This document shows, in pieces, positions 44,452 through 54,126 of a stretch of DNA of 64,000 nucleotides. Position 1 is the first letter of the stretch; every line of letters starts with the position of its first letter. Source of the stretch: an uncultured Verrucomicrobiota bacterium (GTDB lineage Bacteria; Verrucomicrobiota; Verrucomicrobiia; Limisphaerales; MWDV01); NCBI GenBank assembly GCA_964548925.1, contig CAZJTM010000003.1, forward strand, positions 16,155-80,154, given 5' to 3'. Under the pieces are notes generated by a model. The model was not told the origin of the DNA and did not search any database. It was given only the letters and a program-made list of their open reading frames with translations. The position numbers and the translations under genes are program-made.

Positions 44452-45377
44452 AACCGAACACGATTATTTCAAATTTCATCCGCCCTGGCGTGGGCGTCAC
44501 CGGTGCGGTCGCCCTGGCTTTGGGACTGGCGGGTTGCGGTCCGAAAGGCGACGGCGGCTCAGGCGGCGGCACCGCGGCGAAACCGGCAGAAATCCGCGTC
44601 AAAGGCTCGGACACGATGATCCAGCTCGCGACCGCGTGGGCCGAAGCCTACCGGAAGGTGCGGCCGAACGTGTATGTCAACGCCAACGGCGGCGGCAGCG
44701 GCACCGGCATCGCCGCCCTCCAGAACAACAACACGGACCTCTGCAACGCCTCGCGCGAGATCAAGCCCGAGGAACGGGAGAAGGTCAAAGCCGCCACCGG
44801 CAAGGAAGTGAAGGAATTCGTCGTGGCCTACGACGCCTTGGCCGTTTATTCCCATCCTTCGAATCCCATCAAGGAGATTACGATCGAAGACCTCCGCGAA
44901 ATTTGGGCCGAGGGCGGCACGATCACGCAGTGGGAGCAAGTCAGTCCGGCGTTCAAGGGCAAGATCGTGCTCTTTGGCCGGCAGAATAATTCCGGCACGT
45001 ACGACTATTTCCGCGAGCACGTCTGCGGCAAGACTGCGGACAAGAAACAGCGGGAGTTTCGCGGCGGCATCAGCGAGATGAACGGTTCGGCCGAAGTGGT
45101 CGAAAACATCGCGCGCACGCCCACAGCCCTGGGCTACAGCGGCATGGGTTACAAGACGCCGCATGTCAACTGGCTGAAGGTGGCGCACAAGAAAGGCGAG
45201 CCGAGCGTTGAGCCCGGCGTCGAAGCGGCGCGCTCCGGCAAGTATCCCATCTCGCGCAAGCTTTACATCTACTGCGCCGGCGAGCCGGAGGGCGAAGTGA
45301 AGGCCTTCATTGACTGGGTGCTTTCGCCGGAAGGACAAAAGATCGTCGAGAAGGAAGGCTTCGTGCCGGTGCATTGA
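44448..45377 (+). CDS. pstS: Phosphate ABC transporter substrate-binding lipoprotein PstS (ATG 44448)
   Basis: Lipobox LAGC. Motifs KGSDTMIQLA and GGGSGTGIAAL. The ATG overlaps the stop of the PhoU fusion (ATGA). Confidence 0.9.
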   Translation: MKPNTIISNFIRPGVGVTGAVALALGLAGCGPKGDGGSGGGTAAKPAEIRVKGSDTMIQLATAWAEAYRKVRPNVYVNANGGGSGTGIAALQNNNTDLCNASREIKPEEREKVKAATGKEVKEFVVAYDALAVYSHPSNPIKEITIEDLREIWAEGGTITQWEQVSPAFKGKIVLFGRQNNSGTYDYFREHVCGKTADKKQREFRGGISEMNGSAEVVENIARTPTALGYSGMGYKTPHVNWLKVAHKKGEPSVEPGVEAARSGKYPISRKLYIYCAGEPEGEVKAFIDWVLSPEGQKIVEKEGFVPVH

Positions 45378-45453
45378 CCGGCCCGGGGCTGCGCGCGATA
45401 CGAGTTCCGCCGGCAACCTGCGGCGGAGCCGCAAGTTCGGCGGCCCGCCTTGA

Positions 45454-46452
45454 ATGATGCCCAAACCCAATTCCTCCAAACCACGTCGCAGGTTCAACCT
45501 CCTCGACGCCCTTGAAGTCCCCACCGAATGGCTGATTCGGTTCTGTGGCTGGAGCGGCATCATTGCGGTTGCGGCCATCTTCCTGTTCATCTTCAAGGAA
45601 GCGGCGCCGATGGTGCCCAAGCTGGACTGGGTGCATTTCTTCACCAGCTCGCGCTGGATTCCAGAGCCCGGCGGCGATAATCCGGCCAGCTTTGGCGCGC
45701 TGGCGCTGATCACCGGAACGGTCGCCACCACGTTCCTCGCGCTCCTCTTCGCCGTGCCGATTGGACTCGGCGCCGCGGTTTACATCTCCGAGTTCGCCCA
45801 GGGCAAGGTGAAGGAGACGTTGAAGGTGCTGATCGAAATGCTCGCGGCGATCCCGTCCATCGTGTGGGGATTCATTGGCTTGATGGTGCTGGGGCCGATC
45901 ATCACAACAATCTTCAGCGCCGAGCCGGGAAGCTGGTGGGGGCACACCATGGTCGCGCTGCGCATCGCCAGTTCGGAAACCGGCGCGGCGCAGGGCACCA
46001 ACCTCCTCACTGGCAGCATCGTGCTCGCGCTGATGAGCGTGCCGCTGATCGTGTCGCTCTCGGAAGACGCGCTGCGGGCCGTGCCGGATTCGTTTCGCGA
46101 GGCGGCGCTGGCACTTGGGGCGAACCCTTGGGAAACCGTGCGGCGTGTGCTGTTTCCGGCCGCGCGGAACGGCTTGCTCGCCGCCTGCATGCTGGGCATG
46201 GGACGCGCCATCGGCGAAACCATGGCCGTGCTGCTGGCTGCCGGCCACAGCAACCGCATCCCCGCCTTCCTCACCGATCCGGTGCGAACCATGACCGCCA
46301 CCATCGCCGCGGAAATGGGGGAAACGGTGCATGGCAGCGATCACTACCGGGTGTTGTTCATTCTCGGCATCGTGCTGTTCGCCGTCACTTGCGCCATCAA
46401 CGTCGCCGCCGACTTCATCATCAAGGGCGTCAAGAACCAGGAGCATTCGTGA
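45454..46452 (+). CDS. pstC: Phosphate ABC transporter permease PstC
   Basis: Polytopic permease with the EAA-type loop (SEDALRAVPDSFREAALALGANPWETVRRV). Confidence 0.9.
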   Translation: MMPKPNSSKPRRRFNLLDALEVPTEWLIRFCGWSGIIAVAAIFLFIFKEAAPMVPKLDWVHFFTSSRWIPEPGGDNPASFGALALITGTVATTFLALLFAVPIGLGAAVYISEFAQGKVKETLKVLIEMLAAIPSIVWGFIGLMVLGPIITTIFSAEPGSWWGHTMVALRIASSETGAAQGTNLLTGSIVLALMSVPLIVSLSEDALRAVPDSFREAALALGANPWETVRRVLFPAARNGLLAACMLGMGRAIGETMAVLLAAGHSNRIPAFLTDPVRTMTATIAAEMGETVHGSDHYRVLFILGIVLFAVTCAINVAADFIIKGVKNQEHS

Positions 46453-47426
46453 CCGCCGCCCCTCCAGCCCCGTTTGCTGAAAACCCCTTTGCGCCGGGAG
46501 AATTTGAGCGTCGCAAGGCGCGCCGGGCCAACCGGAACAAATGGTTGCTTTTCGTTTGCTGCCTCCTGCTGGTGCTGCCGATCCTCGCCATCCTGATCTA
46601 CATCTTCATTCGCGCCGCGCCGATTCTCTCGCCCGAATACATCTGGTTGAATCCCGCCGACAAGGGCAAGACCGGGGGACTGTGGGCGCCGCTGGTCGGC
46701 ACCTTCTATCTGGTTGTCGGATCGCTGGTGGTCGTGGCGCCGGTCGGCATTCTCGCCGCCATCTACTTGAACGAATACGCCCGCGAAGGCTGGTTCAAAC
46801 GGATGGTCAGCATCACGGTGACCACGCTGGCCGGCGTGCCCAGTATCGTGCATGCGTTGTTTGGGCTCGGCGCGTTCGTGCTCGGAATGCTGCCGGCGCT
46901 CAATCGCGTGCTGGCGGATCCGAACGACCTGACCACGCGGTGGCAGGCGGGGCTTTTGACCGCCTCCCTGACCATCGCCGTGATGACGTTGCCGGTGATC
47001 ATCACCGCCGCGCGCGAGGCCCTGAACGCCGTGCCGCACGCCTTCCGCGAGGCGTGCTGGAACCTCGGCGCCAGCCGCTGGCAGACCATCCGCACCATCG
47101 TGCTCCCCAATTCCTTCGGCGGCATCCTTACGGGCGTGATTTTGGAAGTGTGTCGCGCGGCGGGCGAGACGGCCCCGATCTTGTTTACCGGCGCCACGTT
47201 CTTCAAGTTCGTCGCCGATCAAGGGCTGGCGAAGTTCTTTCCGTATCACATCGGTGAGCCGTTCATGGCCATGTCCATGCACCTGCACGTGATCTCCAGC
47301 CAGATTTCGCAGATGCCCGAAGTCATGAAATTCGGCGCGGCGGCGGTGCTCATCGGACTGATCCTGTTTGTCAACAGCTTCGCCATCGTCCTGCGCATCT
47401 GGCTGCGTAGCCGCAAACGCTGGTAG
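46449..47426 (+). CDS. pstA: Phosphate ABC transporter permease PstA (GTG 46449, GTGA overlap with pstC)
   Basis: The C-terminal two thirds of track ORF 45864..47426 is permease-like (AAREALNAVPHAFREACWNLGASRWQTIRTIVLP). The upstream part of that ORF is an out-of-frame shadow of pstC. Confidence 0.88.
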   Translation: MTAAPPAPFAENPFAPGEFERRKARRANRNKWLLFVCCLLLVLPILAILIYIFIRAAPILSPEYIWLNPADKGKTGGLWAPLVGTFYLVVGSLVVVAPVGILAAIYLNEYAREGWFKRMVSITVTTLAGVPSIVHALFGLGAFVLGMLPALNRVLADPNDLTTRWQAGLLTASLTIAVMTLPVIITAAREALNAVPHAFREACWNLGASRWQTIRTIVLPNSFGGILTGVILEVCRAAGETAPILFTGATFFKFVADQGLAKFFPYHIGEPFMAMSMHLHVISSQISQMPEVMKFGAAAVLIGLILFVNSFAIVLRIWLRSRKRW

Positions 47427-47436
47427 CCCGGCGGTT

Positions 47437-48201
47437 ATGACGGACACCCGCACGCACATCGAGTTCCGCAACGTCTCGGCCTTCTATGGCTCGAAACAGG
47501 TGCTCCGGGAGGTTGGCTTCAGCGTGCCGCGCAACACCATCTTCGGCATCATTGGTCCGGCCAACTCGGGCAAGACCACGCTGCTCAAGACGATCAACCG
47601 CACGCTGGAGTTCGTGGGCGGCGCGCGGTCGAGCGGGCAGGTATTGCTCAACGGCGCGGACGTGGCCGCCGTGCGCAATCCAACCGAACTGCGCCGGCGC
47701 ATCGGCATGGTCTTTCCGCTGCCGGTGGGACTGCCATTGACGGTTTATGAAAACGTGGCCTATGCGCCCCGCCGGATGGGCATCGCTGACAAAGCGCAGT
47801 TGGACGAAATCGTGGAGCGGTCACTGCGGCAGGCGGTCTTGTGGGACGAAGTGAAGGACCGCTTGGGCTCGCTCGGCACACGGCTCTCGGGCGGCCAGCA
47901 ACAACGCCTCACGCTGGCCCGCGCCCTGTCGCTCTCGCCGGAGGTGCTTTGCCTGGATGAATTCAGCATCGCGATTGATCCGGTCACCACCATGCGCATC
48001 GAGGAGGTGCTGAAGGAGTTGAAAACGACGCTCACGATCATCCTCGTCACCAATCTCCTCCAGCAGGCCCGGCGGATTGCCGACAACACATTGTTCCTGT
48101 GGCGCGGCGAGGTGATCGAACTCGGCCCGACGTCGGTTGTGTTCAGCGACACGCCAAAAGATAAACGCACCTACGACTACGTGAACGGGATTTTCGGATG
48201 A
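47437..48201 (+). CDS. pstB: Phosphate ABC transporter ATP-binding protein, paralog 1 (canonical LSGGQ; Q-loop Gln and H-loop His missing)
   Basis: Walker A GPANSGKTT. Signature LSGGQQQR (47884-47898). Walker B LCLDEF. The Q-loop position reads MVFPLP. The H-loop position reads VTNLLQQ (Asn codon at 48052-48054). Confidence 0.85.
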   Translation: MTDTRTHIEFRNVSAFYGSKQVLREVGFSVPRNTIFGIIGPANSGKTTLLKTINRTLEFVGGARSSGQVLLNGADVAAVRNPTELRRRIGMVFPLPVGLPLTVYENVAYAPRRMGIADKAQLDEIVERSLRQAVLWDEVKDRLGSLGTRLSGGQQQRLTLARALSLSPEVLCLDEFSIAIDPVTTMRIEEVLKELKTTLTIILVTNLLQQARRIADNTLFLWRGEVIELGPTSVVFSDTPKDKRTYDYVNGIFG

Positions 48202-48971
48202 GCGAGGAGCGTTACTGCATCACGACGCACGGGCTGAACTTGTGGTACGCCAAGTTCCAGGCGCTGCTCAACGTGTCGGTGAACATCAAGCACGGCATCA
48301 TCACTTCGCTCATCGGTCCGTCTGGCTGCGGCAAGACCACGCTCCTGCGCTGTTTCAACCGGGTGAACGAGCGCTACGGCTACGTCACCACCACGGGCGA
48401 GATCAAGATTCTCGGGAAGAACATTTACGATCCGGACGTCTCCCTCATCGAACTGCGCAAGTCGGTCGGGATGGTGTTCCAGCGCCCCAACCCGCTGCCC
48501 ATTTCCGTCTATGAGAACGTGGTCTTTGGCCTGCGCCTGCATCGCGAGTCGAAGGACACCAAACGCGCGATCCTCGACCAGGCCGTCGAGCAAGCCCTGA
48601 CCGAGGTCGGCCTCTGGAGCGAACTCAAGGACCGGTTGGACACCAAGGCCACCCGGCTGCAACTGGAGCAGCAGCAAAAACTCTGCATCGCCCGACTCCT
48701 GCCGCTCAAGCCGCAGATCATTCTCATGGACGAACCCTGTTCCGCGCTGGATGTCGAAGGCACGCGCGCCATCGAGGAACTGATGTTCAGTCTGAAGGGC
48801 CGTTACAGCATCGTCATCGTGACGCACAACATGGCTCAAGCCCGCCGCGCGAGCGACGAGTGCCTGTTCATGCTGCTGGGCGAGGTGGTCGAGCATGCCC
48901 GCACCGAGCAACTGTTCCTTGCCCCCAAGCATCCCAAGACCGCCGAGTACATCGAAGGCCGCTACGCGTAG
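48198..48971 (+). CDS. pstB: Phosphate ABC transporter ATP-binding protein, paralog 2 (canonical Walker A/B, Q- and H-loops; degenerate signature)
   Basis: Walker A GPSGCGKTT. Q-loop MVFQRPNP. Walker B ILMDEPCSALD. H-loop VTHNM. The signature position reads LQLEQQQK (48657-48671) instead of LSGGQ. Confidence 0.85.
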   Translation: MSEERYCITTHGLNLWYAKFQALLNVSVNIKHGIITSLIGPSGCGKTTLLRCFNRVNERYGYVTTTGEIKILGKNIYDPDVSLIELRKSVGMVFQRPNPLPISVYENVVFGLRLHRESKDTKRAILDQAVEQALTEVGLWSELKDRLDTKATRLQLEQQQKLCIARLLPLKPQIILMDEPCSALDVEGTRAIEELMFSLKGRYSIVIVTHNMAQARRASDECLFMLLGEVVEHARTEQLFLAPKHPKTAEYIEGRYA

Positions 48972-49093
48972 GCCGACGACAGGGCATCCTCCGGGGCGGG
49001 GTGCTTTTCTTGCCGCCAACGCCACTCGAATCCTGAGCGACTTGCGGCGTGGTTTGGAGTCGCCCAGGTCGTTCCCCGGTGCCACATTGGGGC

Positions 49094-49774
49094 ATGATTG
49101 AAAACTCGGAGACTGTGAAACTTGCGGCGTCCCCCGAGACGGGCGCGCCCGGGCAAGCAGCCCCGGCCTTGTCCGCCGACCTGCGGGTGCTGGCGGAACA
49201 CTTCAAGGACGGGCCGGTGCGGCTGGCGGAGATCGTGGACGTGCTGCGCGGGCGGGGGTACCGCTTGTTCATCGTGCTGCTCTGCCTGCCTTTTCTGACT
49301 CCGATTCCGCTGCCGGGGTTGTCCACGGTGTTTGGCTTGGTCATCGCGCTCATCGGCTTTCGCCTCGCGTTGGGACGGAAGCCGCGTCTGCCGCGTCGGC
49401 TGTTGCAGAGGGAACTTCCGCCGCGCCTTTTGCCCAAGGTGCTGCGTGCCAGCAGCCGGCTGGTGGGCGCCTTCGAGCGGCTCTCGAAACCGCGTCTCCG
49501 GTTCTTCTACCGGAATGCCGCGTTTCAATGTCTCGGGGGCGCGCTGATCGCGCTCTGCGGGCTGAAACTCCTGCTGCCGATTCCCGTGCCGATGAGCAAC
49601 TTCTTTCCCGGCCTCGCGGCTGCGCTGCTGGCGGCGGGCTCGTTCGAGGAGGATGGGCTGGTGTTTCTCGCGGGAATCGTGACGTTTGCCGCGTCGCTCG
49701 GCTATTTCACGCTGTTGGCGTTCGGCGGCGTGGCGGCTGTGGGGCAGATCTGGCAACGGTTCTTCGGGGGCTGA
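49094..49774 (+). CDS. ExoD-like exopolysaccharide synthesis membrane protein (ATG 49094)
   Basis: LAEIVDVLRGRGYRLFIVLLCLPFLTPIPLPGLSTVFGLVIALIGFRLALG matches the ExoD family pattern as recalled. Confidence 0.65.
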   Translation: MIENSETVKLAASPETGAPGQAAPALSADLRVLAEHFKDGPVRLAEIVDVLRGRGYRLFIVLLCLPFLTPIPLPGLSTVFGLVIALIGFRLALGRKPRLPRRLLQRELPPRLLPKVLRASSRLVGAFERLSKPRLRFFYRNAAFQCLGGALIALCGLKLLLPIPVPMSNFFPGLAAALLAAGSFEEDGLVFLAGIVTFAASLGYFTLLAFGGVAAVGQIWQRFFGG

Positions 49775-49901
49775 GCCGGGCCAACCAATTCGCGGCCAAC
49801 CTCCACTCGAAAACTTTGTTGCAGGTGCAACAAAGTTTGAACGTGGGCGCGTGTCCGCCTTCTCGGCTTGCAAACCCGCACGAACAGTGTTTGCTGGCGG
49901 C

Positions 49902-51047
49902 ATGCAACGCCTCTCCCTGATGTCCTGCTTGCTGCTGACCTTCTGGTCCATCCTGCAAGCCGCGCCCGCGCGTTACCTCGTTTACTTCGGCACGTACACC
50001 GGGCCGAAGAGCCAGGGCATCTATGTGGCCCGCTTTGACGCCACCACGGGGAAGCTCGGCATGCCGGAACTGGCGGCTGAGACGAAAAGCCCATCCTTCC
50101 TCGCCGTCCATCCCAACGAGCGCTTCCTGTACGCCGTGGGTGAAGGGACAATGCTGGAGGGCACGCGCTCGGGCGCCGTGAGCGCGTTCGCGTTGAACAA
50201 GCGGTCCGGGCAACTCTCCCTCCTCAACCAGCAACCGTCGGGCGGACTCGGCCCATGCCATCTCGCGCTGGAGTCGAAGGGCCGCTGCCTTCTGGCCGCG
50301 AACTACGGCAGCGGGAGCGTTACCTCATTGCCGGTGCGCAAGGACGGCTCGCTCGGCGAACCGGTGTCCACGATTCAACATATCGGTGCCAGTGTGAACC
50401 CACAGCGCCAGGCCGGACCGCACGCGCATTTCATCACGGCCGATCCGCGTGATCGTTTCGCACTGTGCTGCGACCTCGGCCTCGATCAGGTTTTGGTGTA
50501 TCGCTTGGACCCAAAGCGCGCCACGCTCATTGCCAACGATCCGCCCTTCGCCACGGTCAAACCTGGTGCCGGTCCGCGCCACTTGGCGTTCTCGCCGAAC
50601 GGCAGGTTCGTCTTCGTCATTAACGAACTGGCCTCCACGGTCGCCGTGTTTGCTTACGATGCGAGGCGCGGCACGCTCGCGGAGCGCCAGACGGTTTCCA
50701 CGTTGCCGGCGGGGCATCCCGGCACAAACACCACCTGCGCCGAGATCGCGGTGCATCCGTCCGGAAAGTTTGTCTTCGGCTCGAACCGCGGGCATGAGAG
50801 CATCGTCACCTTTGCCGTGGATACGAAGACCGGCGTGCTCAGCCACGTGGCGCATCAACCCACGGGCGGCAGGACGCCGCGGCATTTCGTGATAGATCCG
50901 ACGGGGCAATGGTTGCTCGCGGAGAACCAGGCGTCCGACACCGTGACCGTGTTTCGCATTGATCCACGGTCGGGCCGGCTCGCGCCCACCGGACAAACCG
51001 CGGCGGTGCCGTCGCCGGTGTGCGCGGTGTTTGTCGCGGCGGAGTGA
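49902..51047 (+). CDS. Lactonase-type 7-bladed beta-propeller protein (6-phosphogluconolactonase-like), secreted (ATG 49902)
   Basis: Signal peptide. Motifs YFGTYTG..SQGIYV, NPSFLAVHPNERFLYAV, GPCHLALES, ANYGSGSV and GPRHLAFSPNGRFVFVINE. Confidence 0.8.
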   Translation: MQRLSLMSCLLLTFWSILQAAPARYLVYFGTYTGPKSQGIYVARFDATTGKLGMPELAAETKSPSFLAVHPNERFLYAVGEGTMLEGTRSGAVSAFALNKRSGQLSLLNQQPSGGLGPCHLALESKGRCLLAANYGSGSVTSLPVRKDGSLGEPVSTIQHIGASVNPQRQAGPHAHFITADPRDRFALCCDLGLDQVLVYRLDPKRATLIANDPPFATVKPGAGPRHLAFSPNGRFVFVINELASTVAVFAYDARRGTLAERQTVSTLPAGHPGTNTTCAEIAVHPSGKFVFGSNRGHESIVTFAVDTKTGVLSHVAHQPTGGRTPRHFVIDPTGQWLLAENQASDTVTVFRIDPRSGRLAPTGQTAAVPSPVCAVFVAAE

Positions 51048-51053
51048 CGCTGC

Positions 51054-53984
51054 TCACCGCAGGCGCGGCGTCAGGAACTCCAGCAGATCCGCCACGGCGT
51101 GGGGCGCGAGATTCGTCTCCAGCCCTTCGGGCATCGCGGAGAGGTTCAGGTTTTGGAGGTCGAGCACGGCGCTTTGGGGAATGGCGATTCGCCCGTTGAG
51201 CGGTTGTCGCAGGACCACGCCCGCCGTGGTTTCATTTTCGATCACGCCCAGCAGACTTCCAAGATGCCGAGTCTCGATGACGTGGCACAGCCATTCCGGG
51301 GACACATAACCGTTCGGGTCCACGAACTGCGTCAAGACCCACTCCGCGCCGCGACCGACCGCGCTTTCGAGGTCGGGACCGAATTCCGCGCCTTCGCCCC
51401 GGAAACGATGACATTCCGCGCAGCGCGTCAGGAAGAGCTGTCGCCCCCGCGCGGCATCTCCGCGCCGGGACAAGGCCGGGCGCAGGCGCTGGATGGCTTC
51501 CGCGCGATCCTCCGTGGGCGGACCGAACAGGTCCTTCGCGCGCCGCGAAACCGCCGTTGCGGGATGCAACCGCAAGAAGGCGACCTGTGGAGCGGACAAG
51601 GCATCGCGCGGGATCACTCCGTCTTGCACGGCGGTCAACAGGGCCTGGCATCCCTCGGTTCGCGCCAGCAAGGCATCGAGCGCGACCAGCCGCACCGGTT
51701 CCGGCATCTCGCTCCAGCGTTGCGTCAGACCCGGGCCCACGCGGGCGTCGCTGAACCGGGCCAGTGACTGGACCGCCGCCAACTGGACCATTTCCGTTTG
51801 CGCCGGGGCGATCAGCCCGAACAGCGTCTCGCTGACTTCCTCGAAAGGGGCCGCCGCGAGCAGGCGAATGCCCTCCACGCGCACCGACTCCTGGCCGCCC
51901 TTCGCCGCCACCAAGGCTTCCCGAAAGAGCGGGCGCAACTCGGTGTCGAGCACCACTCGGGACAGTTGGCTGCCGGCGCCGCGCAGGCCCTCGTCGAGCC
52001 GGTGGAGCAAGGCGAGCCGGAGCCGGGCTTCGGGCAGTCGTTCGAGGGTCACAAAGGTCCGGGAGACTTCCGCGCGGACATTCCGTGAGCCGAGCAGCAG
52101 CGTGAGTTCCCGCAGGAACGCCTCGCCGCCATCGGAGCGCCGCAGCACCGGATCACCCAGCACCAGCCGCAGAGTATCGCCCGGCTCCGTGGCCAGCGCA
52201 TTCAAGACAGCAGCGCGCACCCATGGTTGCTCCGGCTCGCGGCTCAACACTTCCACCAACGCCGCGTCCCGTTCGGGGCCGAGAATGTCGCGGCAAGCCA
52301 GCGTGAACTCGAAGCGAACCGCCGGGGAAGCATCGGAGGCCAACGATCGCAGCGCCGGCCAGAAAGCGTTCAGCGCGGCCTCGTCGCGGTGCCCGAGTTG
52401 ATCCGCCAAGCGGATGGCGAGCATGCAAACCCGGTCGTCGTCGTCCCGCAATCCCTGCTCGACGTGCCGCGCGTCCAGGGCGTCCAGCGCGTCCAAGGTC
52501 GCCAGCGCGTGCAGGCGGGCCAGCGGACTTCCGGCCCGAAAGAGCATGTTGCTCAGGAGCGGCGGAGTGGCCGGATGCCGCTGCTCACAGAGCAGGCGGG
52601 CGGCGGTATCGCGATGCCAGCGATTGGAGTGGGCCAGGTTCGCGGCGAGGTCCACCAGCTTGGCCTTCGCGAGTTGCGGGGCGGAGGGTTGTTTGAAGTT
52701 GTCCGGCACGATGCGGTAGAGGCGGCCACGGTCACTGCCGCGCCGCCGCGCCGCCGCCACCCGCTGCGATTCCGGCAGCCGGGGCCACGGATCCAGGAAC
52801 TCGCGATGGAGGTCCGCAATGTAGAGCGCGCCGTCCGGCCCGACGGTGAGATGCATCGGGCGAAACCAGGTGTTCGTCGTGGCCAGAAACTCCGCGCCCA
52901 ATTCGTCCGCCGGCCGGCTGGCGCTGAGGACGACACCATTAGTGCGCAGCTTGAAGCGGTGAATCACGTTCGCCCGCGCGTCGGCCACGAACACGTCTCC
53001 CCGGAACGCCGGCGGGAAGGCGTGGCCGTCATAGACGACCAAGCTGGACGCCGCGGAGAAATGCTCGGTGATGCGTTTTGTCGCGGTAGTCTGGCCGCCG
53101 GCGCCTCCCGGGACGGCGACTTCGCGCAACGCCAGGAGCGGCGTGGCGGACGCCGGCCCGGAGAGGTCCACGAGCGGCGGCGGCAGGACGAACGCGTTGG
53201 TGTGCGCCGCGTGGCGGGTCTCCCACATCACCTGCCGCAGCGGACGGGCGGGGGCACAGACGAGCCGGCGGCCGAGCGCGTCGAAGCCCACGCCCGTTGA
53301 GCCCCCGCTGCTTTCCGCGTCGAAGACCTGCGTGCGCGGGTCGAAGGCAAAGTCGTGTCCGTCCAACTGGAACTCGCTCCCCGTTCCGCGCGAGCGGCGG
53401 GCGGCGCCGCTGAAGGCGGCGTGAATCCGGTGGTCCAATCCCCAGACGAAGCCGCGGATGGGGAGCGGGTTTTCCGCGCCCCGGAAGTTCTGTGCGTCCC
53501 CGGCGAACAGGGTCTTACGCTCATCCGCACGCCCGTCATCGTCCGTGTCCTTGCAGTGGAGGATTTCCGTGCCCGCCGCCACAATGACGCCGTGGTCCCA
53601 GCAGAGGAGCGCGGACGGCGCGGGCAGGTCCTCCACGAAATCCTTGCTCGTGTCGAAGCGGCCATCACCGTCCTGGTCCTCCAACAACCGCACGCGCCCG
53701 CGATGTGGCGGGCCGGCGTCCGGCCCGGGGTAATCGCGATGTTCCGCGACGAAGAGCCGCCCCTCGGCGTCGAAGGCCATAGCGACGGGGTCAAACACCA
53801 GCGGTTCGGCGGCGACGAGTTCGAGGCGGAAGCCTTTCTTGAGTTGGAAGCCGGCAAGATCGTTGGTCGCCGGCTCGGCGACGCCGCGCGGCGCCGCAAG
53901 GAGAAGGCCGGCGAGCCCAAGGCGGATGGCGAAGTTTCGTTTCACGTCGCGGAGAGCATGACGCAGGGCTATTGCCGTGTCCAT
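51054..53984 (-). CDS. PVC-type putative membrane-bound dehydrogenase domain / HEAT-repeat / c-type heme-binding protein (ATG 53984 preferred)
   Basis: The N-terminal region looks like a beta-propeller. The central region has HEAT-like helical repeats. The C-terminal region has a CAECH heme c motif (LFLTRCAECHRFRGEG). The architecture is common in Planctomycetes/Verrucomicrobia by recollection. Confidence 0.65.
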   Translation of the reverse strand: MDTAIALRHALRDVKRNFAIRLGLAGLLLAAPRGVAEPATNDLAGFQLKKGFRLELVAAEPLVFDPVAMAFDAEGRLFVAEHRDYPGPDAGPPHRGRVRLLEDQDGDGRFDTSKDFVEDLPAPSALLCWDHGVIVAAGTEILHCKDTDDDGRADERKTLFAGDAQNFRGAENPLPIRGFVWGLDHRIHAAFSGAARRSRGTGSEFQLDGHDFAFDPRTQVFDAESSGGSTGVGFDALGRRLVCAPARPLRQVMWETRHAAHTNAFVLPPPLVDLSGPASATPLLALREVAVPGGAGGQTTATKRITEHFSAASSLVVYDGHAFPPAFRGDVFVADARANVIHRFKLRTNGVVLSASRPADELGAEFLATTNTWFRPMHLTVGPDGALYIADLHREFLDPWPRLPESQRVAAARRRGSDRGRLYRIVPDNFKQPSAPQLAKAKLVDLAANLAHSNRWHRDTAARLLCEQRHPATPPLLSNMLFRAGSPLARLHALATLDALDALDARHVEQGLRDDDDRVCMLAIRLADQLGHRDEAALNAFWPALRSLASDASPAVRFEFTLACRDILGPERDAALVEVLSREPEQPWVRAAVLNALATEPGDTLRLVLGDPVLRRSDGGEAFLRELTLLLGSRNVRAEVSRTFVTLERLPEARLRLALLHRLDEGLRGAGSQLSRVVLDTELRPLFREALVAAKGGQESVRVEGIRLLAAAPFEEVSETLFGLIAPAQTEMVQLAAVQSLARFSDARVGPGLTQRWSEMPEPVRLVALDALLARTEGCQALLTAVQDGVIPRDALSAPQVAFLRLHPATAVSRRAKDLFGPPTEDRAEAIQRLRPALSRRGDAARGRQLFLTRCAECHRFRGEGAEFGPDLESAVGRGAEWVLTQFVDPNGYVSPEWLCHVIETRHLGSLLGVIENETTAGVVLRQPLNGRIAIPQSAVLDLQNLNLSAMPEGLETNLAPHAVADLLEFLTPRLR

Positions 53985-54126
53985 TCCGACGGAATCCACG
54001 TTCACTCTTCCCAAGAACCGCATGCTCCCAAGGATTCAAAGCGTTCAAGGATGGCGGCAAGCGGATTCCTGAACGCTCTGGGTTTCTGGTGGAACTCGAA
54101 AGGGCGGCGCGGCGCGGGTCAGGGGC

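Noticed and set aside
45864-46448. First 195 codons of the 520-aa track ORF that ends as pstA
   Set aside because: This part is an out-of-frame overlap with pstC and has an Arg/Gly/His-rich composition. The permease sequence begins at the GTG at 46449, which overlaps the pstC stop.
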